A stretch of DNA of 34,848 nt from an uncultured bacterium (GCA_963701025.1 OY969557.1:1-34848), one strand, 5' to 3'; numbered from the stretch's first letter, positions 8,032 through 17,165 are shown. Numbers and translations: made by a program. The notes: generated from the sequence alone by a model not told the origin.

Positions 8032-10737
8032 ATGATTACCCTTAACGAAATCAGGAAACGGTCCGTCGCATTCGCCCATGAATGGGAACGAGAGTATAGC
8101 GAAGATGCGGAAGCAAAAAGCTTTTGGGATGGGTTTTTCAATGTCTTCGGCGTTTCTCGCAGGCGCGTAGCCACTTTTGAGTATCCGGTCAAAAAGTTAG
8201 ACGGTGGGCAGGGATATATTGATGTCATTTGGAAAGGCATTATGCTTGCTGAACATAAAACTCGTGGCAAAAGCCTGGATAAAGCATATGCTCAGGCCAG
8301 AGAGTATTTTCCCGGTTTGAAAGACCAAGAGCTTCCCCGATATATTGTCGTCTCCGATTTTGAAAAAATCCGCTTGTATGATTTGGAGACGAATAAACAT
8401 GAAGAATTTCTACTCAAAGATCTGCATAACTACGTAGACCTTTTCGGCTTTATTTCAGGCTACAGGGTTCAGGTATATGAAAAAGCAGAAGAAGCAAGCA
8501 TTGAGGCCGCTGAATTGATGGCTGATTTTCATAATGAGATAGCGAAGACGGGATATAGCGGACACGATCTTGAGGTCTTTCTCATCCGTATCCTTTTTTG
8601 TCTTTTTGCCGACAATACTGGTATTTTCCCAAAAAATCATTTCCGCGCGTATATAGAGAATAGGATCAACAAGGACGGTTCTGATCTCGGCATACATTTA
8701 TTGCAGATTTTCGATGTGCTCAATACGCCCAAGGAAAAGAGGCAGACGAATCTCGACGAGCAACTAATGGCATTTGACTATATCAACGGAGGCATCTTTG
8801 CTGAACGGATTAAGTCCGTATCGCTCGACGCGACCGCCCATCTCAAACTCATAAGGTGTTGTAAGTTCGATTGGTCGCAAATATCGGCGTCCATTTTCGG
8901 TTCATTGTTTCAAGGTGTCATGGACGAGAAAGCCCGTCGTCAGCTTGGTGCTCATTACACGTCGGAAATAAATATACTGAAGGTCATTCATCCACTTTTT
9001 CTCGATGAGCTTCACATCGAATTTGATCAGGTCAAATATGATTCCAAGAAACTTGATGCTTTCCATAAAAAGCTTTCACAGCTGACATTCCTCGATCCTG
9101 CATGCGGATGCGGAAATTTCCTCGTTATAGCGTATCGCGAGCTTCGCAAGCTTGAGATCGATATTCTACTTAAAAAGCGCACGACCAAAGACTCAAGTAT
9201 GCGGATATTCGGAGCCGATGAACTCTCGACGATAAATGTCAATCAATTCTACGGTATCGAGATCGAAGAATTTCCGGCTCTTGTCGCCCGTGTCGCGATG
9301 TATCTCGTCGATCATCAAATGAACCAATTGCTCTCTGAGAAGTTCGGCGAAATATACGCACGTATTCCTCTGCGGGAACCCGCAACGATCATCAACGCGG
9401 ATGCTTTGACTACTGATTGGGAAAAAGTTGTCTCGAAAGGTAAACTCTCATATATTCTCGGTAATCCGCCTTTTGTCGGCGCGCGCCTCATGGAGAAAAA
9501 ACAAAAGGAGATTTTCTTGAGCCTCTTTGATGATGCAAAAGGGGCTGGTAATCTTGATTTTGTTACCGCATGGTATGAGAAAGCGGCTCGATATATGGGG
9601 GGCACGCATATCAAGACCGCCTTCGTGTCCACAAACTCTATCTGCCAGGGTGAGCAGGTCGCCATTCTCTGGAAAAGATTGAAAGAAAAATATGCTGTAA
9701 CGATTCACTTCGCGCATGAGACGTTCAAATGGAATAACGACGCACCCGGCGTCGCCGCAGTCTATTGTGTTATTGTTGGCTTCGCTTGTTTTGATACTCC
9801 GAAAAAGTATCTCTATGAATACGAGACTATAAAAAGCGAGCCAAAAGAAAAAGAAGTCTCGCACATAAATGCGTATCTTGTCGCCGGTGGCGATGTGTTT
9901 ATAGAAAACAGACGAACTCCAGTATCTTCGGTGCCAGAAATCGTGTTTGGAAGCATGCCCAACGATGGAGGCAATTTTCTTTTTACTGAAAGCGAGAAAG
10001 ACGAGTTTCTAGAAGCGGAGCCAGGTGCAAAAGCCTTTATGAAAGAACTCATCAGTGCGAAAGAATATCTGAACGGCGAAAAACGTTATTGCTTGTGGCT
10101 CAAAGATATTGAGCCGAAAGCTTTGAAGGGACTGCCAAAGGTTTTGGAACGAGTGGAGAATATCAAAAGACTACGGGCTGAAAGCACTCGCAAAGAAACA
10201 CAGGAATTGGCACATTACCCGACTCTTTTTGGTGAGATACGTCAACCAGATAGTGACTATATTGCAATCCCCCGTGTCAGCTCAGAAAACAGGGTGTATA
10301 TTCCAATGAGTTTTTTCGATAAAGAAAAGATCGTCGGAGATACATGCCTTGCTGTTCCAAACGCTACACTGTATGACTTTGGTATTCTCCAATCTCTGAT
10401 GCATATGACGTGGGTATCGTATGTGTGTGGGAGGCTAAAGAGTGATTACCGTTACTCGAATACACTCGTCTACAATAATTTTCCTTGGCCGGAAAATGTG
10501 TCCGACGAACACAAGAAAAAAGTCGAGGAATATGCACAAAAAGTCCTCGATGTTCGTCTACAATCTTCACATAGCTCTCTCGCTGATTTATATGATCCAA
10601 ACACGATGCCACCGGAGCTTGTTAAAGCACACACTGATCTCGATAGGACGGTGGACGCGTGCTACGAAAAAAAGTTTTTAAACAAAGAGACCCGAATCGA
10701 ATTTTTATTCTGGTTGTATAAGGAATTGACTAAGTAA
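8032..10737 (+). CDS. MmeI-family (type IIL/IIG) fused restriction endonuclease-N6A methyltransferase
   Basis: N-terminal IDVIW..LAEHK PD-(D/E)xK, GAHYT, LDPACGCGNFL, GNPPF, C-terminal RYSNTLVYNNFPWP; start ATG 8032. Confidence 0.92.
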   Translation: MITLNEIRKRSVAFAHEWEREYSEDAEAKSFWDGFFNVFGVSRRRVATFEYPVKKLDGGQGYIDVIWKGIMLAEHKTRGKSLDKAYAQAREYFPGLKDQELPRYIVVSDFEKIRLYDLETNKHEEFLLKDLHNYVDLFGFISGYRVQVYEKAEEASIEAAELMADFHNEIAKTGYSGHDLEVFLIRILFCLFADNTGIFPKNHFRAYIENRINKDGSDLGIHLLQIFDVLNTPKEKRQTNLDEQLMAFDYINGGIFAERIKSVSLDATAHLKLIRCCKFDWSQISASIFGSLFQGVMDEKARRQLGAHYTSEINILKVIHPLFLDELHIEFDQVKYDSKKLDAFHKKLSQLTFLDPACGCGNFLVIAYRELRKLEIDILLKKRTTKDSSMRIFGADELSTINVNQFYGIEIEEFPALVARVAMYLVDHQMNQLLSEKFGEIYARIPLREPATIINADALTTDWEKVVSKGKLSYILGNPPFVGARLMEKKQKEIFLSLFDDAKGAGNLDFVTAWYEKAARYMGGTHIKTAFVSTNSICQGEQVAILWKRLKEKYAVTIHFAHETFKWNNDAPGVAAVYCVIVGFACFDTPKKYLYEYETIKSEPKEKEVSHINAYLVAGGDVFIENRRTPVSSVPEIVFGSMPNDGGNFLFTESEKDEFLEAEPGAKAFMKELISAKEYLNGEKRYCLWLKDIEPKALKGLPKVLERVENIKRLRAESTRKETQELAHYPTLFGEIRQPDSDYIAIPRVSSENRVYIPMSFFDKEKIVGDTCLAVPNATLYDFGILQSLMHMTWVSYVCGRLKSDYRYSNTLVYNNFPWPENVSDEHKKKVEEYAQKVLDVRLQSSHSSLADLYDPNTMPPELVKAHTDLDRTVDACYEKKFLNKETRIEFLFWLYKELTK

Positions 10738-10765
10738 ACCTGACTTTACTTTAAAAATAATGATA

Positions 10766-10825
10766 AAGGTATGACGCAACTCGTCTTAGAAGCCTAGGGC
10801 GTCCGAATAACTCAAGGTTGGTAAT
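10766..10825. repeat. Bipartite site, degenerate copy 2 (downstream of the MmeI-like gene)
   Basis: AAGGTATGACGCA at 10766-10778 and GTTGGTAAT at 10817, spacing matching the other copies. Confidence 0.55.
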
Positions 10826-10882
10826 CATATCGACACAGTCGACCAATTTTATGGCTAATTCTCTTAATTCGAGCTCATTTAT

Positions 10883-10919
10883 GGGCGGAAAACAAGCTGT
10901 TGGTAACTCGGCTTCGCAA
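10883..10919. repeat. Right-arm copy GGGCGG...GTTGGTAACTCGGCTTCGCAA
   Basis: Matches GTTGGTAACTGGGCTTCGCAA at 32371-32391 except one base. Confidence 0.65.
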
Positions 10920-11024
10920 AAGGCCTTGTCTAAGCTAGGGTACTGACTAAAGCTCTTTTTTGCGCTATTATTGCCTTACAACTGAATATTAGTAGTTGAC
11001 CTAACCCTTGCGGACTTTCTGTGA

Positions 11025-11165
11025 GGCATGGTCGAAAATCCCGCTAGAGATCAAAGGACTCCTCGTCAGAGTCACTCTAGCGGGTCATACCGGGAAACTG
11101 GTATGGGCAGGGCCGAAAGGTTTTGTCGCGATGGCGAGGAGTCTTTTGACGTTCCAAGACTCCCA
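11025..11165 (+). ncRNA. Candidate structured leader RNA M1, copy 1
   Basis: 10-bp stem 11040-49/11075-84, CATACCGG-GAAA-CTGGTATG, second GAAA hairpin; same layout with different stem sequence at 32465-32582. Confidence 0.6.
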
Positions 11166-11189
11166 CCGTTTAAAACCCGCTAGAGTTTT

Positions 11190-11876
11190 ATGAAAAACTT
11201 CACAAATTTTCTGAATGAAGAGAAAATTAAAGATAACATAGCTTCTTTTGAGAAAGATCATCACCCACTATCGCGTGGCGCCTCGTTTGATTATTGCTTC
11301 AATTATTTTCAAGAATTTACAGACAAGAAAAAAATTGCCAGTAAAGACAATATACAAAAAAGTTGTCTCCACCTGGCTTTTTATTTAGCCAGTTGGGGGA
11401 TGTTAAGAAATTCATTCTTATTACAAAAAAGTATGAAGTATTTTGAACCACTTATGGAATATTTTTCAACAGATGATTGCGACGTCTGGAATATAGACGT
11501 GGATAAATACGATGAAGAAAATATCATTAAATTAACTGAATGCTACGGGAAAATAAAAGATATTTTATTGAAAGGAGAGGACAAAAGACATGAAATGGGT
11601 ACTTTGGTAACAAAAATAATGTTAGGTGTATTTGGCAATGTACCAGCGTTTGATGCGTATTTCAGGAATGGTTTCGGATTTGGTACCTTTAATAAAAAAT
11701 CACTCGTTCACATTAGTGAATTTTATAAGAATGGTAACTACCCAAGACTTATCTCTGATGAAGCAAATAGAATTAAGACTTTTGATTATGATAGTGGAAA
11801 ATCAACCGATAGATCATACACCAGAGCAAAGATAGTAGACGCGATATTTTTTATAGAAGGATTTAATAAACAATAA
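11190..11876 (+). CDS. Conserved hypothetical protein (possible HhH-glycosylase-like fold)
   Basis: Clean 228-aa ORF; LAFYLASWGM and TLVTKIMLGVFGNVPAFD motifs; fold call is inference. Confidence 0.6.
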   Translation: MKNFTNFLNEEKIKDNIASFEKDHHPLSRGASFDYCFNYFQEFTDKKKIASKDNIQKSCLHLAFYLASWGMLRNSFLLQKSMKYFEPLMEYFSTDDCDVWNIDVDKYDEENIIKLTECYGKIKDILLKGEDKRHEMGTLVTKIMLGVFGNVPAFDAYFRNGFGFGTFNKKSLVHISEFYKNGNYPRLISDEANRIKTFDYDSGKSTDRSYTRAKIVDAIFFIEGFNKQ

Positions 11877-11880
11877 AAAA

Positions 11881-12960
11881 ATGAAAAAATATATATTTTC
11901 AATCGCTATACTGTCTATCGTCCCATCGGTTGCTTTTGCTTCTTGGTGGAATCCGGCCACGTGGTTTCAATCGCCCAGTGGAGAGAACAATCAGTCTGTG
12001 CAACAGCTGACACAACAATTTTCGACTACTACAGAAGCAACAAGCACAATATCAATCATCAACCAATCTGTGGCAACGACCAGTCAGGCGATGTTGCAAT
12101 CGGAAATAAACATGCTTACTATGCAGAATAATTCTTTGCAATCAAAGCTTAATAGCATCGAAAGCCAACTTGCCCTGGCGCAGAAAAACTATTCCATGTG
12201 CCAAGTTAGTCTAACGGCGGCCCAAAATACCAATACCGCTTCACAGGTTCAACAACCAACGATAGCTCCAACTGTGCCAACCGTTGCGCCATCTACAGCT
12301 TCTATCTCAGCTGACTACAATAACCCTATCGCGCATACAGTCTCAGCTGTCAGCGGTCAGTATCCTAGTCTGCCAATTCTGACGTTTGACATAGCGCCAT
12401 CAAATAATAACCAAACTCTCGGTTCCGTGACGGTAAATATAAACAACTCTGGTCAGGGAACCGTAAATACAGCTTATCTGTACGTAAGTGGCTTTAGTAC
12501 ATCTGTCGCCACGGCTGTGGTCTCCAACGGAAGTGCGACATTTTCAGATATTCGGAGCATACCGTCGTTAAGTACAAACGCTAGTCCTTACGATACTTTT
12601 ACCGTCAAGGTAGACGTATCAGGTCTGACAGACGTCGGATCATCTGAGTCGGTCTCTGCATCTGTATCGAATGTCACGATCACGGATTCAGCAGGCCATG
12701 GTGTAAATGTCACTGGGACAGCTCAAGGAAAAGTTATCACCGTGACAAATGATTCGACTGCGGATTCTTTAAATAGTGGTTCATATCCATTTAATTTAAC
12801 AGAACAAGAAGTATCAACTCCAGGAACGTATACTGTCTCAACAGGAGGATCTTCTTATAGCGTGACAGTATATCCAGATGGACTATGTTCCCAGTCTAGA
12901 GGCCCTTGCACGGAAGTCGGAGGTGGTTGGAGTTGCACAAAAGACGGATGTGGTGGTTAA
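11881..12960 (+). CDS. Secreted/surface protein: signal peptide, coiled coil, Ig-like beta domain
   Basis: MKKYIFSIAILSIVPSVAFA signal followed by SWWNP; S/T-rich; LTFD...TAYLY...TVKVD domain shared with 32644..34096. Confidence 0.8.
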   Translation: MKKYIFSIAILSIVPSVAFASWWNPATWFQSPSGENNQSVQQLTQQFSTTTEATSTISIINQSVATTSQAMLQSEINMLTMQNNSLQSKLNSIESQLALAQKNYSMCQVSLTAAQNTNTASQVQQPTIAPTVPTVAPSTASISADYNNPIAHTVSAVSGQYPSLPILTFDIAPSNNNQTLGSVTVNINNSGQGTVNTAYLYVSGFSTSVATAVVSNGSATFSDIRSIPSLSTNASPYDTFTVKVDVSGLTDVGSSESVSASVSNVTITDSAGHGVNVTGTAQGKVITVTNDSTADSLNSGSYPFNLTEQEVSTPGTYTVSTGGSSYSVTVYPDGLCSQSRGPCTEVGGGWSCTKDGCGG

Positions 12961-12967
12961 AAAATAA

Positions 12968-13429
12968 ATGAAAAAACCAGATGACAAAAAAATAACAATC
13001 TCCGATTTGATTCCGGATATGAAAAAAGACATCTACAAAATCCAGAAGGAACAGTCGGAAATAAGGTTCTACGGCAAGATTCTTGACGACAATCTCGATA
13101 AGCTTTGTAAATCTCTGGGTATAAAATTCACCGAGGACGAGCAGAGTAAATTTTATGAAATTGTTGATTATTACAGCCCGAAGTATGCAAGCGGCGATGT
13201 CATCGAATATCTCCCGTTTGATTTCGCGTGGGAACTATATAAAATTCAGAAGGAACATAATTTTGACGAAAAGCGCTTTAAGAAAAGGTATTTTGACGAG
13301 GAAATATTTGAAATAGCAAAAGATAACGATTTGGATCTGACAGAAGCCGAGGAGTTTCAAGAATTTGTGAAAAGCAATGATTTCAAAGATCCGTATGAAG
13401 CCTATGAGGCTTGGAAGTCAGACAATTAG
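12968..13429 (+). CDS. Hypothetical acidic helical protein
   Basis: 153-aa ORF closely following the previous gene; no recognisable motif. Confidence 0.65.
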   Translation: MKKPDDKKITISDLIPDMKKDIYKIQKEQSEIRFYGKILDDNLDKLCKSLGIKFTEDEQSKFYEIVDYYSPKYASGDVIEYLPFDFAWELYKIQKEHNFDEKRFKKRYFDEEIFEIAKDNDLDLTEAEEFQEFVKSNDFKDPYEAYEAWKSDN

Positions 13430-13495
13430 AAAGATACGGGCACGTCGAAAACAGCTAATCGTGGCGGTGACGAAGTAAACGGATACCCTCTCCTT

Positions 13496-14767
13496 CTATT
13501 TTTGCTCCTGCGGCGGTGCCACAGGCCTGTTCTGATAGCTCTTTTTTGCTTCCGCAAGTACCCTTGATATTTCCTCCCTCGGCGGATCTTTCCGATCGAG
13601 ATCGGTAAACTGGATGCCGCGTTCCTTGTACCATCCGAAGAGCCAATCGTAGAAGTAGGTGGTCATATGCTTGTATCCCTCAGCGCTTGTAAGGGGCCAC
13701 AGAAGATCGACGTTGCCATAATAGCGTTGATAGGAGTCATCGGCGATCGTGAAGTGCGTCCGTGGAGTGTCGATCGGCACGGATATGACGAACGGCTCCA
13801 TTTGCGCGATGAGGGGAGTTTGGTATATCACTTTTTCCGGCCTGTATCTAGGCTCCCGTCCTTCGAGTATATAGGGGTTGCTGTCGTCATCATCACGACC
13901 ATCGCGGTGCCAACCCAAGATCTTCAGCAGAAACTCTCGGGTCCATACTCCTCGGGTGAAATGTCCCCTCATCCTTTCGATACTGTCGAGATCAGGAAAC
14001 CGCTCCGGCCAGAGAATGCGCCGCTCGTCGTCGAGGAGGGGGTACGCTCGAAAGATGCCGGATAGACCTTTTTCGTCAATCTTTTTCTTGAGTCTCATAA
14101 GGAGCGAATCAGGACAGATGAGATTGCCGAGGACAACGATCCGCGTTCCCTTGCTTCCAAGCGGCAAGACCTCGCTCGTCAGCCTCTGCCAGGCGGTGTT
14201 GCGGTTCGCTTCATCCTTGGCTGTCGAGGTGTCCTCGATGTCATCGCAGATGATGAGGTCAGGACGGATCGTGCCGTACTTGAGGCCGCGGATGCTCTGC
14301 TCAAGCGACACCGATTGAATCTTCGATTCGTGATACACGAGATCGAGCGACATCTTTTTCCATTCAGCCTCGTTGTCGCTGAAGGGTCCGAAGTCCGCCC
14401 GCAGGAGTTCGTTCGAGAGAAGCTCGTCACGGATACTCGTGAAGTGACTCTTGGCCTGATCCTGCGTCTGGCTGACGATGACTGCGAACTTCTTTTGTGG
14501 CTTGCCGAGGATAGACCAGAGAATGTTGCCGGTATTCATGATTGTGGACTTGCCGGATTCCCTGAATGCCATGACGGCGATGAGCTGATGTGACGGGTTT
14601 TTCAAGATGTGGCCCATCTCGCGATGGAAGGGAGCCAGGGGATGCGAGAGGTGGTGCCGCAGATAGATGAGGCAGAACCAAAGAGGATCCTCGTAGGCAA
14701 AGCGCTTCCGTAAGTTCTGGTCGGCGAGCACTCGCTTCAGTTTTTCAAGGTCAAAATCATTCGGCAT
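13496..14767 (-). CDS. Terminase large subunit-like ATPase; nuclease domain not recognisable
   Basis: AFRESGKST Walker A, LIICDDIE Walker B, VVLGN motif III, LWPERF; C-terminal part unlike an RNase H domain. Confidence 0.75.
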   Translation of the reverse strand: MPNDFDLEKLKRVLADQNLRKRFAYEDPLWFCLIYLRHHLSHPLAPFHREMGHILKNPSHQLIAVMAFRESGKSTIMNTGNILWSILGKPQKKFAVIVSQTQDQAKSHFTSIRDELLSNELLRADFGPFSDNEAEWKKMSLDLVYHESKIQSVSLEQSIRGLKYGTIRPDLIICDDIEDTSTAKDEANRNTAWQRLTSEVLPLGSKGTRIVVLGNLICPDSLLMRLKKKIDEKGLSGIFRAYPLLDDERRILWPERFPDLDSIERMRGHFTRGVWTREFLLKILGWHRDGRDDDDSNPYILEGREPRYRPEKVIYQTPLIAQMEPFVISVPIDTPRTHFTIADDSYQRYYGNVDLLWPLTSAEGYKHMTTYFYDWLFGWYKERGIQFTDLDRKDPPREEISRVLAEAKKSYQNRPVAPPQEQK

Positions 14768-15185
14768 GGTTGGTTGGGACGGAAGGACTTCCGCCGGGAG
14801 CTAGGAATTCTTTGAAGAGCTTTTCCTCCTCCGGAGTCAGTTCAGGCACGCCTGTGGCTGGTCTGCGCACATTCTTGCCGCCGTAGCGCGGATGATTGTG
14901 TTTGAGCCAGAGGGCAATAGCCGGTAGTTTGCCTTCCTTTATGAGCTGGATCACCTGGGCTTCGCTCATGTCGTTAATGAATTCGACGCCCTGACTGAGC
15001 GCATCATCGCTGTCACGACGGAATTCGTTGTCTTCGCGTCGCCAGCGATAGTAGGTGTCGCGGGAGACCCCTGCTCGCTTGCAGGCGGCCATGACAATAG
15101 GCAACTCTCTGAGCGTGTCGACGAGCTTTTGCTTGTCATCCTTCAAGCGTTTATCGATCGTCTTTTGATAGGTGTCCTTAGTCAT
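14757..15185 (-). CDS. HTH protein, terminase small subunit-like
   Basis: IVMAACKRAGVSRDTYYRW HTH then helical oligomerisation region; overlaps the TerL-like start. Confidence 0.7.
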   Translation of the reverse strand: MTKDTYQKTIDKRLKDDKQKLVDTLRELPIVMAACKRAGVSRDTYYRWRREDNEFRRDSDDALSQGVEFINDMSEAQVIQLIKEGKLPAIALWLKHNHPRYGGKNVRRPATGVPELTPEEEKLFKEFLAPGGSPSVPTNHAE

Positions 15186-16524
15186 CGATTTTCTTGGCTT
15201 TTAGGCCGGTCGCTTTTTCCCAACGATTTCTGATGACCTCGGCGTAGACGGGTGACTTTTCCATGATAAAGCATCGGCGATTCATCTTGGTTGCGGCGAT
15301 GAGCGTCGATCCGCTTCCGCCAAAGGGTTCAAGGATGAGGTCGCCACGCTTCGTCAGGACCTTAAGATAAGGGATGAGGAGCTCAATCGGCTTCGTTCCG
15401 AAGATGATCTCCTGGCCGGACGATTTCTTGTCAGCGGCAGTGTGAGTGATATGATCAGTAGGGCAGATTTTCTTGCCCTTTTCATATTTTTCCCAGTGTG
15501 GCTTGCCGGATGTGGCGAATATAGCGTTCTCGTATTCATTTTGGAGAAGCTCATCGGATTCGGGCTCGAGGTTGAGAGCGACGTCACCGCCAGTACCGAC
15601 AAGAGCGATGTCGGTTTTATTGAAGAACTTGTACTTGGCCGAGAAGTCCTGCATTCGGTTCGGCACATGCCAGGTGATGGTGTTGCGATACTTCCAATGC
15701 TTCTCGAGCTCGTTCCAAATGATGCGGAGGTTCTTCGGATTCTCGAAGATGATGATCGAGAAGTCGGGTTTCTGTACCTTGGCTACGTTCGCCATCCATT
15801 TCTCCGTGAAGTCTGGCGGCAGGACGTCGGTCTCAAGGTACCGGCGATCGTGTTTGGCTCCGAATCCTGTGACGGCGTCGCCCTGCTTCTTTTTACCCTT
15901 TAGGTAGTCAAGGATATACGGGGGATCCGTGAAAACCATGTCGGCCTTTTCATCGCCCATAAGCCGAAGCATATCTGCCTCAACGGTCGAGTCGCCGCAG
16001 GCCAGGCGGGAATCGCCGAGCGCCCATACGTCGCTTTTCTTTATTTCGATCTCGTCTATCTTGAGCTTTTTAAGCTCCTTCTCAAGATCGAATTGCTCCG
16101 GAGTCTCCTCGACGGCGAAGATCTCGTCGAGGTCTTCCGAGCTGAATCCGGCCGTCGAAAGGAATGTCTCGTCGAAAGTGGCGAGGAGATCCCAATCCCA
16201 TTCGCCGACATTTTTGTTTAAGCGGATGTTGAGTTCCTTCTCCTTCTCGATATCTGGAATGTTGATATATACGACGGGTACTTCCTTGATGCCGAGCTCC
16301 TTTATAACGGAGAGACGGAAGTGGCCGCCTATAACGATGCCCTTGCGTTCCGGCGCGGAGTTGACGAGGAGAGGGTCGACGATGCCGTACTTACTGATGC
16401 TTTCTTTGAGATCCTTAGCCGCCTCGGTACTCCAAGTTCTAGGGTTATAGGACGCGGCTTTTAGATTTGTAACGGGGACGTATTCTACGCACAAACGAGT
16501 GTCTGCGGTTGGTTTGCTTTTCAT
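15178..16524 (-). CDS. ParB-like domain fused to N4C/N6A DNA methyltransferase
   Basis: YNPR...VIGGHFRL ParB-like; FTDPPY motif IV, TKP, LEPFGGSGST motif I. Confidence 0.88.
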   Translation of the reverse strand: MKSKPTADTRLCVEYVPVTNLKAASYNPRTWSTEAAKDLKESISKYGIVDPLLVNSAPERKGIVIGGHFRLSVIKELGIKEVPVVYINIPDIEKEKELNIRLNKNVGEWDWDLLATFDETFLSTAGFSSEDLDEIFAVEETPEQFDLEKELKKLKIDEIEIKKSDVWALGDSRLACGDSTVEADMLRLMGDEKADMVFTDPPYILDYLKGKKKQGDAVTGFGAKHDRRYLETDVLPPDFTEKWMANVAKVQKPDFSIIIFENPKNLRIIWNELEKHWKYRNTITWHVPNRMQDFSAKYKFFNKTDIALVGTGGDVALNLEPESDELLQNEYENAIFATSGKPHWEKYEKGKKICPTDHITHTAADKKSSGQEIIFGTKPIELLIPYLKVLTKRGDLILEPFGGSGSTLIAATKMNRRCFIMEKSPVYAEVIRNRWEKATGLKAKKIDD

Positions 16525-16870
16525 TTTGTTGTCAAAGTTAAAGGGACTAATAAAGAGCCGAGGCCGGTGGCCTTTTCCTTCAACAGAAAAAAGCCGAGCG
16601 GCTTTTCTCGTGTGCGAGACGATGGGTGGCTTTCACCCGTTGCTCTTATTCAGAGTATGCGCACCACTTCCTTGTTCAGGGTGTGATTCGGAAGGCTTGG
16701 ACCAGTCCCTTTTCAGGAGCCACCTTCCACCTTTGCAGGCGCTTTTTCCATCAACTGCCGACGGAGGAGTGTATCTTTTATCAAGATATTGCAAATATCA
16801 TATGCCGGTCGAACAGAAAAGTCAAGCGAAATATCTGGGGATTTCTCGAAGTGATATACTTTATTCTGTC

Positions 16871-17008
16871 ATGAAGAAACCAAAGGCCAAGAAGCCAAAA
16901 AAATACACTGAGGAAGAACAAAAGATCATTGATGAGGCGGCGCAACAACTCGCAGAGATTCTTATGGAAGTGATTATAGAAAAACAGAATGTCGCCGGGA
17001 AGAAATAG
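16871..17008 (+). CDS. Small basic/helical protein (45 aa)
   Basis: 3' part of the 16499..17008 ORF from ATG 16871 (MKKPKAKK...DEAAQQLAEILMEV), downstream of a TATACT -10-like box. Confidence 0.5.
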   Translation: MKKPKAKKPKKYTEEEQKIIDEAAQQLAEILMEVIIEKQNVAGKK

Positions 17009-17053
17009 AGGCATGGTTTATATCAGAACATCTTTTCCTAAAAGTCCAGCAAA

Positions 17054-17165
17054 TCGGACAGTCGTACATATGCTCTTGCACTGTCCGAAATGTCCGATTC
17101 GACGCGGTTGAGATGTCTCTTTGTACGATCGTACACGTGTACGATTCACAGGGTGGCCTGTCCGA
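17054..17165. repeat. Cluster of eight TGT(C/A)CGA heptamers
   Basis: Direct at 17082, 17091, 17122, 17138, 17159; inverted at 17054, 17062, 17129. Confidence 0.65.

Noticed and set aside
11025-11130. M1 as an HDV-like ribozyme (GGCATGGTC, CTCCTCG) or c-di-GMP-I riboswitch (two GNRA hairpins)
   Set aside because: The double-pseudoknot pairings cannot be built and CTCCTCG is not kept in copy 2; the c-di-GMP-I core GCAAAC/GACGCAAA is absent.
13496-16524. Complete prophage
   Set aside because: No portal, capsid, tail, lysis or replication genes in the window.
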